A DNA stretch of 64,000 bases. It comes from Candidatus Binatia bacterium (GTDB lineage Bacteria; Desulfobacterota; Binatia; UBA12015). Position 1 is the stretch's first letter; each line of letters starts with the position of its first letter. The DNA is taken from NCBI GenBank assembly GCA_029243485.1, contig JAQWRY010000088.1, forward strand, positions 299,212 through 363,211, given 5' to 3'. The position numbers and the translations under genes were made by a program. Positions 18,964 to 28,770 of this stretch are shown here, piece by piece. Under the pieces are notes generated by a model. It saw nothing but the letters and a program-made list of their open reading frames with translations. It was not told the origin of the DNA and did not search any database.

Positions 18964-19001
18964 AAAAAAGGGGCGTGGCCACCCGGCCACGCCCCTTTTT
19001 T
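18964..19001. terminator. Bidirectional intrinsic terminator
   Basis: The sequence AAAAAA-GGGGCGTGGCC-ACCC-GGCCACGCCCC-TTTTTT forms a perfect 11-bp GC-rich stem with a 4-nt loop, flanked by an A6 tract and a T6 tract. It lies between convergent gene ends at 18843 and 19035. Confidence 0.85.
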
Positions 19002-19034
19002 CGTCCGAATCGGAATCTAGAAGATCGCGTGTCG

Positions 19035-19770
19035 CTACAGGAATGCGCCGCTCGAGGAAGCGCAACGGATGACGCCGACCTTGCTCTTGGGCAGGGCCGC
19101 GCCTTTGATCTTCGGAACGAAGGCCATGCTTAGGCCGTCATGCGAGACGGCGAGGAGCTTGCCGTAGAAGGCGCCGACCGCGTAGGGCGGTGTCGGTGGG
19201 GCATCGTTCTTGGTGACGACGCTGGTCGACGTGGCGGGCGGGTCGAGGCGGACGATCGCCGCTTTGGGCCCACTGCGCTTGAACTTGGCCTTCACGAAAA
19301 CCTTGGAGCCGTTCGCGAGGCCGATGTCGCTGAACTTGCGGTACGAGCCACCGGCTTCCACCGATAAATCGCCCTGGATGACGACGGCCGCGAGGTGATG
19401 CCGCCCCACAGGAAGACCGCTTCAAAGGAGATTACGCTCGACAGCTTCGTGTGGAAGAGGACTTCGCCTCCGGCGTTGGCCTGGGGGCCGAGCTTGAAGG
19501 AGGCGTAGGTCGTGCCGCGGATCGGAGTTGTGTCGCCGACGAGGACCGCGGTGACGGCAGGGCCGACGCCGGGAATGCCCTACGTAAACACGCCGTCCGA
19601 CCCACCCACAACGGTTGCGAGGAACGCAACGGTGCCGATCGAGCTGGCTTCGGAAATCTTCAGGAACTCGTCGTACACGCCGCCCGCGGCTGCCGGCTGG
19701 CTCATCGCGGCGACGGCAGCGAGGACATAGGAACAGGACAGTCTACCGTTTCATGGTGGGTTTGCCCTCC
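19035..19770 (-). pseudogene. Disrupted ORF of unknown function, read in three frames (possibly a SYLF/Ysc84-like lipid-binding domain protein; speculative)
   Basis: Protein-like translation on the reverse strand switches frame twice, from MSQPAAAGGVYDEFLKISEASSIGTVAFLATVVGGSDGVFT* to GIPGVGPAVTAVLVGDTTPIRGTTYASFKLGPQANAGGEVLF... and then to ...SYRKFSDIGLANGSKVFVKAKFKRSGPKAAIVRLDPP...FVPKIKGAALPKSKVGVIRCASSSGAFL*. Confidence 0.4.
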
Positions 19771-19934
19771 TCGAGGCACTTCTGTGCGCGGGTGCGCGGG
19801 TTGGGGACATGCGATCGCGACCACCACCCCATAGGCCAAATCCAGAGGCAATGCATTTCTCGTTGCATCTTTGGGGCATTTCCGGCGGTGGGGCTCCGGT
19901 TGAGACCACCTCGTGCAGCGTGTTCTATAGGTGA

Positions 19935-21557
19935 ATGGAGTTTAATCTAGCCGATCTTTTCGAGCACGCCGTCGACCACTTCGGAGACCGCGAATACCTA
20001 CTGGCCGGGGGCAAGCGGCGCACGTACCGCGAGATGGAGGAGAGGGCGAACCGCCTGGCCCACCACCTCGCCGGCCAGGGCATCGGGAAGGACGACCACG
20101 TCGGGATCTACGCTTACAACTGCGTGGAATGGGTAGAAGCCCTGTGGGCCGTCTTCAAGATCCGCGCGGTCTGGATCAACATTAATTATCGCTATGTCGA
20201 AGACGAGCTTCGCTACCTCTTCGACAACGCCGATCTCAAGGCTCTGGTGTTCGCTCGGGAGTTCGCGCCACGGGTCGCGGGCGTCCGGGACTCCATGCCG
20301 CTGTTGCGACACATTGTCATGCTCGAGGACGGCTCGGGAGTAGATGCGTCGGGGCTCGATCCGGTCGACTACGAGACCGCTCTCGCGCAGGGAGCTCCGG
20401 AGCGTGATTTCGGCCCGCGCTCGGGCCAGGACCGGTACATTCTGTACACCGGCGGGACGACCGGCATGCCCAAGGGCGTCGTCTGGCAGCACGAGGACGT
20501 CTTCATGGCGCTAGGCGGAGGCATCGATCCGATGTCCGGCGAGCGCGCGACCCGCCCCGAGCAGATGGTGGAACGCGGCAAGGCGATGGGGATGTCGATC
20601 GCGTTCCTGCCGATCGCACCTCTCATGCACGGCGCGACGCAGTGGGCGGTGATTGGGCAGAGCTTTACGGGCAACAAGGTCGTCTTGATGGCGAAGTTCG
20701 AGGCGCCCGAGGTCTGGCGTCTCGTCCAAGAGGAGAAGCTCAACTCGATCATGATCACCGGCGATGCGATGGGCCGACCGTTGATCGAGGACCTGCAGGC
20801 CGCCAGCTCCGGCCGCGATGTCTCCTCGCTGTTCACGCTGTCGTCGAGCGCTGCGACGTTCTCGCCGACGGTGAAGGACGCGTTCTTCGAGAAGTTCCCG
20901 AATCTCATGATGATCGACGCGATTGGTTCGTCGGAGACCGGCAACACCGGCATGGTGACGGTGCAGCCCGGCCACACGGAGATGAAGGGCGGTCCGACCG
21001 TCAAGAAGCTCGGCGCGACCGTGGTGCTCGACGAGGACGGCAAGGTGCTCCCGCCGGGAACCGGCCAGATCGGCAAGCTCGCGCGCGGCGGCGACATCCC
21101 GCTGGAGTACTACAAGGATCCGGTGAAATCGGCCGAGACGTTCGTCACGTACGACGGGGTCCGCTATTCGATCCCCGGCGACTACGCGACAATCGAGGCT
21201 GACGGCAGCATCACGTTGATCGGCCGTGGCTCGGTTTCGATCAACTCCGGTGGAGAGAAGATCTTCCCGGAGGAGGTGGAGGCCGCCGTAAAGTCGCATC
21301 CGGACGTGTTCGACTGCACGGTCGTCGGCGTGCCCGACGAACGGTTCGGGCAGCGGGTGTGTGCGGTCGTTCAGTTGCGCGAAGGACGGTCTCCGACGCT
21401 CGAGTCCGTCCAGGAGCAGTGCCGCACGAAGATCGCCGGGTATAAGGTGCCTCGCGAGATGCACGCAGTTGATGAGGTGGTGCGATCGCCGAGCGGCAAG
21501 CCCGACTACCGGTGGGCGAAGGAAGCGGCCCTGCAAGCGCGCGGCGACTCGGCGTAA
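19935..21557 (+). CDS. AMP-dependent acyl-CoA synthetase/ligase (FadD-like)
   Basis: The ORF is 540 aa with the AMP-binding motif YTGGTTGMPKGV, plus conserved adenylate-forming enzyme blocks and a C-terminal domain. Confidence 0.9.
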   Translation: MEFNLADLFEHAVDHFGDREYLLAGGKRRTYREMEERANRLAHHLAGQGIGKDDHVGIYAYNCVEWVEALWAVFKIRAVWININYRYVEDELRYLFDNADLKALVFAREFAPRVAGVRDSMPLLRHIVMLEDGSGVDASGLDPVDYETALAQGAPERDFGPRSGQDRYILYTGGTTGMPKGVVWQHEDVFMALGGGIDPMSGERATRPEQMVERGKAMGMSIAFLPIAPLMHGATQWAVIGQSFTGNKVVLMAKFEAPEVWRLVQEEKLNSIMITGDAMGRPLIEDLQAASSGRDVSSLFTLSSSAATFSPTVKDAFFEKFPNLMMIDAIGSSETGNTGMVTVQPGHTEMKGGPTVKKLGATVVLDEDGKVLPPGTGQIGKLARGGDIPLEYYKDPVKSAETFVTYDGVRYSIPGDYATIEADGSITLIGRGSVSINSGGEKIFPEEVEAAVKSHPDVFDCTVVGVPDERFGQRVCAVVQLREGRSPTLESVQEQCRTKIAGYKVPREMHAVDEVVRSPSGKPDYRWAKEAALQARGDSA

Positions 21558-21562
21558 CGCCG

Positions 21563-22255
21563 ATGTGCGGCCGGTTCACGTTGACCTCGCCGGCGCAGGT
21601 GATCGCCGAGATCTTCGGCGTCGACCCGCCCGACGGGTTCGAGGCGCGGTACAACATCTGCCCGAGTCAGGCCGTCGTGGCGATTCGCCAAACGACTGAC
21701 GAGGCACAGCGGGCCATGGCCTTCCTGCACTGGGGGCTCGTGCCTCACTGGATGAAGCAGCCGCCGAAGGACGCGCGGATGATCAACGCGCGCTCGGAGA
21801 CGGCGGCCGAGAAGCCCGCCTTTCGTGACTCATTCAAGTCGAAGCGCTGCCTGATTCCCGCCGACGGCTTCTTCGAGTGGCGCAAGGAGTCGGACGGCAA
21901 GCAGCCGTATCTCATCCGGCTGAAGAGCGAAGAGCCGTTCGCGATCGCCGGTCTTTGGGCGGCGTGGCGTAGCGACGACGGGCCCCGACTCGAGTCGTGC
22001 GCGTTGCTGACGACGAGCCCGAACGAGTTGATGGAACCGATCCACGACCGCATGCCGGTGATCCTGCCGCGCGACAGCTGGGAACTCTGGCTGGACCCGA
22101 CCATCACAGACGCCGCCAAGCTAAAGCCGCTGCTGAAGCCGGCGGACGCAGACGTGATGGAGGCCTTCCCGGTGAGCAAGCACGTGAACAGCCCGCGCAA
22201 TGACGACGCCAAGTGCCTCGTGCACGAGGCGCCTCTCACCCTTTTCGATCTCTGA
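21563..22255 (+). CDS. SOS-response-associated peptidase (SRAP/YedK family, abasic-site processing protein)
   Basis: It starts MCGRFTL with the catalytic Cys2 and has the conserved blocks ...NARSET...KPAFRD... and ...ADGFFEW.... The longer ORF from 21512 is an upstream extension that overlaps the previous gene. Confidence 0.85.
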   Translation: MCGRFTLTSPAQVIAEIFGVDPPDGFEARYNICPSQAVVAIRQTTDEAQRAMAFLHWGLVPHWMKQPPKDARMINARSETAAEKPAFRDSFKSKRCLIPADGFFEWRKESDGKQPYLIRLKSEEPFAIAGLWAAWRSDDGPRLESCALLTTSPNELMEPIHDRMPVILPRDSWELWLDPTITDAAKLKPLLKPADADVMEAFPVSKHVNSPRNDDAKCLVHEAPLTLFDL

Positions 22256-22266
22256 GGAACTCGACG

Positions 22267-23241
22267 ATGGCATCGAACGATCTTCTCGCCGGCGTGCAGC
22301 GCCGTACGGTGGAAACGAATGGCATCCGCATGGCGTTCATGGAGCAGGGCACGGGCCCGGCCGTCGTTCTCTGTCACGGCTTTCCGGAGCTCGGCTACTC
22401 CTGGCGCCATCAGATGGCCGCCGTCGCCGACGCCGGCTTTCGCGTGATCGCTCCGGATCTCCGCGGCTACGGAGGCACCGATCGCCCCGAACCGGTCGCC
22501 GACTACGACATCGTGCACTTGAATGGAGACCTCGTAGGTCTCCTGGATGCGCTCGAGATCGATCAGGCGATCTTCGTCGGCCACGATTGGGGCGGCAACC
22601 TGGTCTGGGAGATGCCGAAGATGCATCGGGACCGGACCGCCGGGGTCATCGGGGTGAATACGCCCGCGCTCGCGCGCGCACCGGTCGAGCCGACCACCAT
22701 CTTCAAGATGATGTTCGGCGACAACTTCTACATCCTACACTTCCAGCAGCCGGGCATCGCCGATGCGGGTCTCGCGAAGGACGTGCGCCGCACGTTCCGG
22801 AAGTTGATGCGCAGCGGCGTTCCCCTCGAGCAATACGCGAGCTCCACGTTCCGCGAGGACGGTAAGATGCGCAACATGGTCGACGCCGTCGAAGGCGATC
22901 AGGAGGTCGGCGAGCTGATCGTTTCGGAAGAAGAGCTCGGCGTCTACGTCGACACGTTTGAACGGACAGGCTTCACCGGCGGCATCAACTGGTACCGAAA
23001 TTTCGATCGCAACTGGGAGCTCAGTGCCGCGTGGGCCGACAACCCGATCGACGTTCCGTCGCTGATGGTCACCGCCGAGCTGGATCCGGCGCTGCGCCCT
23101 GAACTCGCCGAGCCGATGAAGGAGTTCGTGCCCGATCTCGAGACCGTACAGATCGGCGGCTCGGGCCACTGGACGCAGCAGGAGAAGCCCGACGAACTCA
23201 ATCGCTTGATGGTCGACTGGCTTCGGCGTCGGTTCGGCTAG
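22267..23241 (+). CDS. Alpha/beta-hydrolase fold epoxide hydrolase-like protein
   Basis: It has the HGFPELGYSWRHQ motif (HGxP oxyanion hole), the nucleophile elbow GHDWGG, and an N-terminal Trp-rich cap typical of EH-like proteins. Confidence 0.85.
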   Translation: MASNDLLAGVQRRTVETNGIRMAFMEQGTGPAVVLCHGFPELGYSWRHQMAAVADAGFRVIAPDLRGYGGTDRPEPVADYDIVHLNGDLVGLLDALEIDQAIFVGHDWGGNLVWEMPKMHRDRTAGVIGVNTPALARAPVEPTTIFKMMFGDNFYILHFQQPGIADAGLAKDVRRTFRKLMRSGVPLEQYASSTFREDGKMRNMVDAVEGDQEVGELIVSEEELGVYVDTFERTGFTGGINWYRNFDRNWELSAAWADNPIDVPSLMVTAELDPALRPELAEPMKEFVPDLETVQIGGSGHWTQQEKPDELNRLMVDWLRRRFG

Positions 23242-23923
23242 CGCCTTCGAACCGTTCCGCGGACGCCGCCTGGAGCGTAACCGCGGCCGTGGTGCCCGGC
23301 CCCGAGCGGGATGAGAACGCGAGCTTGCCACCGCTCGCCTCGATCGCATGTCGGGCGATTGCGATTCCGAGCCCACACGAACGTTGCTCCGCCGACGGCG
23401 GCAGGCCGCGGCCATTGTCTGCGATGGTCAGCGTGCATTCGTCGCCGAGGCACCACCCCCGAACCGCGATGTCGGGCGCGACGCCGTGGCGCCGGTGCCG
23501 AATCGAGTTCTGGACGAGGTTTCGCAGAGCGATGCGAAGCTGCGCGGGATCACCGAGGACCTCGGGGAGGGCCCCGAGGATCCGAAACGCTCCGCCGCAG
23601 AGTTCGAGCTCGAGGGTGACGTCGGTCCGGGCGGCCTCGATCAGGTTGCGGAGCGCGATGGCGCGCCGGGGAGTGGGCCTGCGCGCGACTAGGCCGGGGA
23701 GGGCGCCGAGGAGTTCGTCCGCCTTCGACAAGCTCTGCCGCGCGATCTCCAGATAGCGATCGCAGGTGCCCGTGCCATGCGGGTCCATCCGTCGCGCGAG
23801 CTCGTGCATGGCCGCGCCGGCCGTCGCGAGGGGCCCGCGCAGGTCGTGACAGATCGCGAGGCAGAACCCTTCGGCGGATTCGACTGTGGAACGAGACGCT
23901 GGTGCCCGGTCGGGAATAGCCAT
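23198..23923 (-). CDS. Small cytoplasmic sensor histidine kinase (HisKA plus HATPase_c only)
   Basis: It has an H-box (ICHDLRGPLATAG), an N-box (LRNLVQNSIRH) and G-boxes (DNGRGL...GLGIAI). There is no TM or sensor domain. The start is taken at the internal Met (MAIPDR), because the longer ORF is Arg-rich junk. Its tail overlaps the convergent epoxide hydrolase gene. Confidence 0.7.
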   Translation of the reverse strand: MAIPDRAPASRSTVESAEGFCLAICHDLRGPLATAGAAMHELARRMDPHGTGTCDRYLEIARQSLSKADELLGALPGLVARRPTPRRAIALRNLIEAARTDVTLELELCGGAFRILGALPEVLGDPAQLRIALRNLVQNSIRHRRHGVAPDIAVRGWCLGDECTLTIADNGRGLPPSAEQRSCGLGIAIARHAIEASGGKLAFSSRSGPGTTAAVTLQAASAERFEGASRTDAEASRPSSD

Positions 23924-23972
23924 AGTGCACCCTGTTCTCCGTTGCCGGGCGGTGCGAGCGGGCTCCGCGGAT

Positions 23973-24512
23973 CTATGCCGCCGGCGCAGTGGGTGATGTG
24001 TCGGGAGCCAGTTCCCGCAAGACGATCTCGAGCCAATCGAGTTCGGCGGCGAGAATCTCTCGCGCGGCGCGCGGGGCCGTGTTTCCTCTTGCCGCCTCCG
24101 AAGTCCTTTGCTCGATCGACCGCAGCAAGGCTTCGCACCGCCGCCGCTGCACGCCGATGGCCTCGCGAACGAGATTCGGTTCCGCGAACCGATGCGCGAC
24201 AGCCAACTGAGCGATCCAGTCGTCGAATCCGAGGCCGTCGTTCGGGCGCTCGCTTTCGGGATGCGTTCGCCACACCTCGAGTGCGGCGCGGCCGTGGTTC
24301 GAGATCTCATAGAACTTCCGCGACTCCCCCGCGGTCGCCCCGCAGAAGGAGTCGGCGAGGCCGTCGCGGTCGAGGCGGTCGAGAGTAGCGTAGACCTGCC
24401 CCTGGTTCATGGGCCAGAAGGATCCGATGCGTTCGGACAGCACGGCGCGGATGGCGTACCCGTGGAGCGGGCCGTCGGTGAGAATCTCGAGGACTGCGTA
24501 CTTGAGTGCCAT
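23973..24512 (-). CDS. PadR-family transcriptional regulator
   Basis: The winged-helix PadR signature is present (LEILTDGPLHGYAIRAVLSERIGSFWPMNQGQVYATLDRLDRDGL), followed by a C-terminal dimerisation extension. Confidence 0.8.
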   Translation of the reverse strand: MALKYAVLEILTDGPLHGYAIRAVLSERIGSFWPMNQGQVYATLDRLDRDGLADSFCGATAGESRKFYEISNHGRAALEVWRTHPESERPNDGLGFDDWIAQLAVAHRFAEPNLVREAIGVQRRRCEALLRSIEQRTSEAARGNTAPRAAREILAAELDWLEIVLRELAPDTSPTAPAA

Positions 24513-24587
24513 CCTCGCTCTTTGCGCGGTCCCGCCGGCCGCCGCAATGGCCGCGCGGGCATGATCTCGTCCGTCGGGGGCCGGGCT

Positions 24588-25656
24588 TTACTTGGACGCC
24601 CGAGGCTTGCACGCTTTCTGTCTCGTGAGCCAGCTGGGCGCCCATCTCAGGCGCTTTCTTCCGATGCCGATGCCGATGCCATCGCGCCACTCGAGCACGC
24701 GTTCGCGGTTCGCGGCCGCGCGCTCGGGGTGCAGGTGGGACACGTCGGTCTTCTCCTCGGGGTCGGCCTTCGTGTCGAAGAGCATCTGGCGGTTCAGCAT
24801 TCCGCCCCAGGGGATGTAGTACCAATCCCCTTCCCGCAGGTAGTACGCGTCGCCCTTGTAGTGCGTGTACGGATTCGGTTTGCGGTCGTCGCCGAGGACG
24901 AACTGTCCGCCGGAAGGTGGCCGGGCCAGCTGAAGACAAGCGGGGTTCGGAACCCCAGCTCGTGCATCGAAGACTTCCCGCGCCGCCCGCCGAGGTGCAC
25001 GGGCACTGCTTGATCGTGTGGCTGAGCCCACCCGTTGTCGGAGAGGTAGACGATGAGAGTGTTCTTGCGGAGGTTCTCGTCGTCGAAAAAATCCAAGAGC
25101 CGGCCGACGACGGCGTCTTCCCACGTGCAGTTCGCATAAGAGCAGCGAGCTCCCTCGACGGCGTCTCTGGCTCGGTAGCGATTGTAATACGCCGGTGGCG
25201 CGTTGTGGGGCGTGTGGGGGAGCTGCGGCGCGAACCACAAGGACAACGGCCCGTCGCGATGCGCCCCCAAGAACTCGAAGGCGGGATCGAGCGTCCGGCG
25301 CCCGATCCCGCGGCCCGCGGTGGTCGTCGCCGAGCATCACGACGATGTTGGGACGATCGGTCGCTTGGGGACTGTCTCCCCATACGTCACCGCGGTAAAG
25401 AGAGTGGGGACGAGCCCGGTGAGGTATGCGGCAGAGGAGCTTCGGTGTTCCAGAGAATCTGCGCGAATGGGGCTGCGATCCCCGCCAGTAAGCCGAGGTA
25501 CTTGAAGCCGGCGAGGATCCCGATCGTGAAGACGATCGACACCGTGAGCCACCGTTTCGGGTGGGGGCTCCGGAGCATCCCGGGCAGGAGCGCGTAGTTG
25601 ATCCCGATTTCTGCGAGAAGGAGGAGCAGGTACGGCGCAAGCCGCAGGAAGTACAA
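24588..25656 (-). pseudogene. Sulfatase-family gene with N-terminal TM segments, disrupted by several frameshifts
   Basis: Sulfatase blocks fall in different reverse-strand frames. These are PNIVVMLGDDHRG, VYLSDNGW...GGRRGKSSMHELGFRTP, and the C-terminal LFDTKADPEEKTDVSHLHP box. A hydrophobic N-terminal ORF (MYFLRLAPYLLLLLAEIG...) lies upstream. Confidence 0.6.
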
Positions 25657-25822
25657 GAGAAGGCTCGTCAGCAGCGGTCCTGCTTACCGCGAACGGGAGC
25701 CGCACCTGCTGCAGGCCCCGCTACGTGTCGAAGAGGCCGGCCTCGATCAGTGCGTGCGAGGTGACGATTTCGTCAGCGGAGATCCCGACCGCGTGCAGCG
25801 GAAGCGCGAGCATGTGGCGAAG

Positions 25823-25833
25823 CCCCCCCCCCC
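25823..25833. repeat. C11 homopolymeric tract
   Basis: Eleven consecutive C residues sit within the decayed region upstream of the degraded sulfatase. Confidence 0.9.
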
Positions 25834-26249
25834 GTGATCGCTTTGCCCGCCGTTGGCATGGAGAGTGAGTCTCCGAGGTACACCAGCCTCGGCGGGCCTA
25901 AGTACTTGAGTTGTTTTGCAATGTGCCGGGTGACGGACGACTGCACGTCCCGCGCGACCCTGGTTCTTTGGCTGGCGGCGACTTCGCTTGCGTCGAGGAC
26001 CGACAGGAGGAGCTAGCCCGTCCCGAGAAAGCCGCCGGTGGCGCAGAGGGGCCCGACGAAGAATCGACCGATTTCACCAGTCGGTGCGCTCCAGGCGTGA
26101 GGCTGGTGCTGTGAGGAAGAAGACAAAGGAAGAGGACAGAGTGCAGTTCCGGCTGCGTTCCTGCCAACGCACGGGCGGCCCGCTGACGTTTTGCACTCGA
26201 CGCGGGCTCGGGTGGGGATTACATAGGCGGCTTACCAAGGAGCCAGCAC

Positions 26250-26756
26250 ATGCCCCAACGTCGCATTTATCTCGTTCGCCATGGAGTCGCCGAGGATTAC
26301 TCGGACAGTGGCCGGGATTTCGATCGCCGCTTGACTACCGAAGGTCACGATAAGATGGCGCGTGTTGCGCGTGGCCTCGCCGAGCTCGAAGTGAGCGTCG
26401 ATCTGCTGGTGTCCAGTCCGCTCATTCGTGCGATCGAGACGGCTGATGGGCTGGCGGCAGAGTTCTCCGGCGCGCGTCGCGAGGTTTGGGACGAGCTTGC
26501 TTGTGGGGTCGACGAGATCGCCTTCACGGCGCGTCTCGCCGAAGTCGATCCTGGTGCGAACGTGATGCTCGTCGGGCACGAGCCCGACATCGGCGAACTG
26601 CTGGCCTACTGGTTGACGGGTCGGATGGGCGGGTTCTACACGCGCGTTCGGAAGGGAAGCGTGAGCTGCCTGCAGGCGGGCTCGCTGCCCCCTGACGGCG
26701 CCGCGACGTTCGAGTGGATGATGACGGCCAAGCAGCTGGGCGCGATCGCCCGCTGA
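26250..26756 (+). CDS. Histidine phosphatase superfamily protein (SixA-like phosphohistidine phosphatase)
   Basis: It has the LVRHG motif (RHG catalytic signature) near the N-terminus and a downstream conserved His (GHEP). The product is 168 aa. Confidence 0.8.
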   Translation: MPQRRIYLVRHGVAEDYSDSGRDFDRRLTTEGHDKMARVARGLAELEVSVDLLVSSPLIRAIETADGLAAEFSGARREVWDELACGVDEIAFTARLAEVDPGANVMLVGHEPDIGELLAYWLTGRMGGFYTRVRKGSVSCLQAGSLPPDGAATFEWMMTAKQLGAIAR

Positions 26757-26759
26757 CCG

Positions 26760-27401
26760 TCAGAGGACTTGCGGCGGATCGAAGAGAACCAGCCTCTTCG
26801 CGAGAGTTTCTTCAAGGCGGCCGAGGAAGTAGTCGCGGGGCACTTCCTGCGCGCCCATCCGCTGCATGTGCGGTGTGATGACCTGGATGTCGATCCAGTC
26901 GAGGCCGCGGCTGTAGACGTGATCAAGCAGGTGGAGCAGCGCGAGGTGCGACGCATCCGGCTCCGTGTGGAACATGCTCTCGCCGCAGAACGCTCCGCCG
27001 GGGTCGATACCGTACAAGCCTCCGACCAGAACGCCATCGCGCCACGCCTCGACGCTGTGCGCGAATCCGAGGCGGTGCATTTCCTCGTAGGCGGCGAGCA
27101 TCTCGTCGGTGATCCAGGTTCCCGCCTGGTCGGCCCGTGGAATCTCCGCGCACGCGCGGATGACGGTTCCGAAGGCCCGGTCGATCGTGAATTCGAGGCC
27201 GCTCTTGCGGCGCGCCCGTGCGAGGTTTCGTCCGACGTGCAGGTCGGGGAGTTCCAGGACGGCTCGCTCCCGGGGGCAGTACCAGAGCAAGGGGAGGCCG
27301 TCGCCGGGCCAGGGGAAGACACCGCGCCTGTACGCCGAGAGCAGTGTCTCGGGTCGGAGATTGCCGCCAACGGCGACAATATCGTCGAGCTCGGTGGACA
27401 T
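26760..27401 (-). CDS. aat: Leucyl/phenylalanyl-tRNA--protein transferase
   Basis: Conserved Aat blocks are present: LLSAYRRGVFPW, ...WYCPRERAVL..., and GESMFH...ASHLALLHL. The start is taken at the Met of MSTELDD. Confidence 0.8.
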   Translation of the reverse strand: MSTELDDIVAVGGNLRPETLLSAYRRGVFPWPGDGLPLLWYCPRERAVLELPDLHVGRNLARARRKSGLEFTIDRAFGTVIRACAEIPRADQAGTWITDEMLAAYEEMHRLGFAHSVEAWRDGVLVGGLYGIDPGGAFCGESMFHTEPDASHLALLHLLDHVYSRGLDWIDIQVITPHMQRMGAQEVPRDYFLGRLEETLAKRLVLFDPPQVL

Positions 27402-27480
27402 CTGCCGGTGGCATAGCAAACGAATCACCGTCGTCATCAGTCGGCTCGACACTGCGCGCACCGCATAGGAGGATCACCTC

Positions 27481-28770
27481 ATGCGATTCCGGATCCTTCT
27501 CGGCATCGGCCTCTGTATGGGCGTTGCCACGACGGTGTGGGCGGCGCGTCCGGGAGAGGCAGAGAAGCCCCCACCTCTCGAGGTTCGAGCCGCGGGGCTA
27601 GAGCTGCCCAGGGGCTTCCGGGCGTCGGTGTTCGCGCAGGGCGTCGGCCCGGCACGTCACCTTGTGGTTCGCGACAATGGCGACGTCTATGTGGCGCTCC
27701 GCGAAGCATTGGACGGCGGCGGCGTGGTGGGTCTCCGCGACACGGACGGTGATGGCGTCGCAGACCGGGAGGTGCGCTTTGGCGATACCGGCGGGACCGG
27801 CGTCACGATCGGCGAGCCCTACCTCTACTTCTCCTCCGATGTGGAGGTCTCCCGGGTACGCCTCGCGCCGGAGAAGCTCGGTCCGGCCGGAGCCGTCGAG
27901 ACCGTGGTGTCCGACTTCCCCGATCAGAACGGTCACCGCGCGAAGTCCATTGCGCTCGACGGCGACGGACGGCTTTACGTGAACGTCGGCGCTCCGTCGA
28001 ACGGCTGCATGGAGAAGCGACGGACCAAGGGTTCGCCGGGGCAGCCCGACTGCCCGCAACTCGGTCGGCACGCCGGTGTGTGGCAGTTCCCCGCGGGGAA
28101 GGTCGGCATGACGCAAACGGCTGACGGCCGCCGCTTCGCCACCGGCCTACGCAACTCCGTGGCGCTAACTTGGAGCCCGGGTGCGAAGGCGGTCGTCGTG
28201 GTCATGCATGGACGCGACCAGCTGCGGCAATTCTGGCCGAAGCTGTACACGCCCGAGCAGAGTGCGAACTTGCCGGCAGAAGAGCTGCACGTCCTCGCGG
28301 ACGGTTCCAACGCCGGGTGGCCGTTCACCTACTGGGATCCACAGCGCGGTGCGCGCATGGTGGCACCCGAGTACGGCGGCGACGGAGAGAAACGGGCGCC
28401 GGCCGAGACGTACTCGGCTCCGGCGGTGGCTCTGCCGGCGCATTGGGGACCCAACGCGATCACCTTCTACGGCGGAGACCGGTTCCCCGAGCGCTACCGA
28501 GGCGGCGCGTTCATCGCCTTCCACGGTTCTTGGAACCGAACCCCGTTGCCGCAGGCGGGCTACAACGTGGTGTTCGTGCCGTTCGACGGTGCGAAGCCGA
28601 GCGGGGGCTGGGAGGTGTTCGCCCAGGGCTTCGCCGAAAATGCCGACGTAAAGCACCCGCCCGACGCGGCCTACCGTCCGACCGGGATCGCCCAGGCGGC
28701 CGATGGATCGCTCTACATCGCCGATTCACGCAGCGGGCGGATTTGGCGCATCACCTACGAGGGATCATGA
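27481..28770 (+). CDS. PQQ-dependent soluble sugar (aldose/sorbosone) dehydrogenase-like beta-propeller protein
   Basis: A signal peptide is followed by blocks typical of glucose/sorbosone dehydrogenase (YliI-like) proteins (...HGRDQL...GWPF..., ...GIAQAADGSLYIADSRSGRIWRITY). Confidence 0.8.
   Translation: MRFRILLGIGLCMGVATTVWAARPGEAEKPPPLEVRAAGLELPRGFRASVFAQGVGPARHLVVRDNGDVYVALREALDGGGVVGLRDTDGDGVADREVRFGDTGGTGVTIGEPYLYFSSDVEVSRVRLAPEKLGPAGAVETVVSDFPDQNGHRAKSIALDGDGRLYVNVGAPSNGCMEKRRTKGSPGQPDCPQLGRHAGVWQFPAGKVGMTQTADGRRFATGLRNSVALTWSPGAKAVVVVMHGRDQLRQFWPKLYTPEQSANLPAEELHVLADGSNAGWPFTYWDPQRGARMVAPEYGGDGEKRAPAETYSAPAVALPAHWGPNAITFYGGDRFPERYRGGAFIAFHGSWNRTPLPQAGYNVVFVPFDGAKPSGGWEVFAQGFAENADVKHPPDAAYRPTGIAQAADGSLYIADSRSGRIWRITYEGS

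Noticed and set aside
24661-24678. (CCGATG)3 tandem repeat
   Set aside because: It is only three units, inside the decayed sulfatase C-terminal region (GIGIGIG on the reverse strand), and is too short to interpret.
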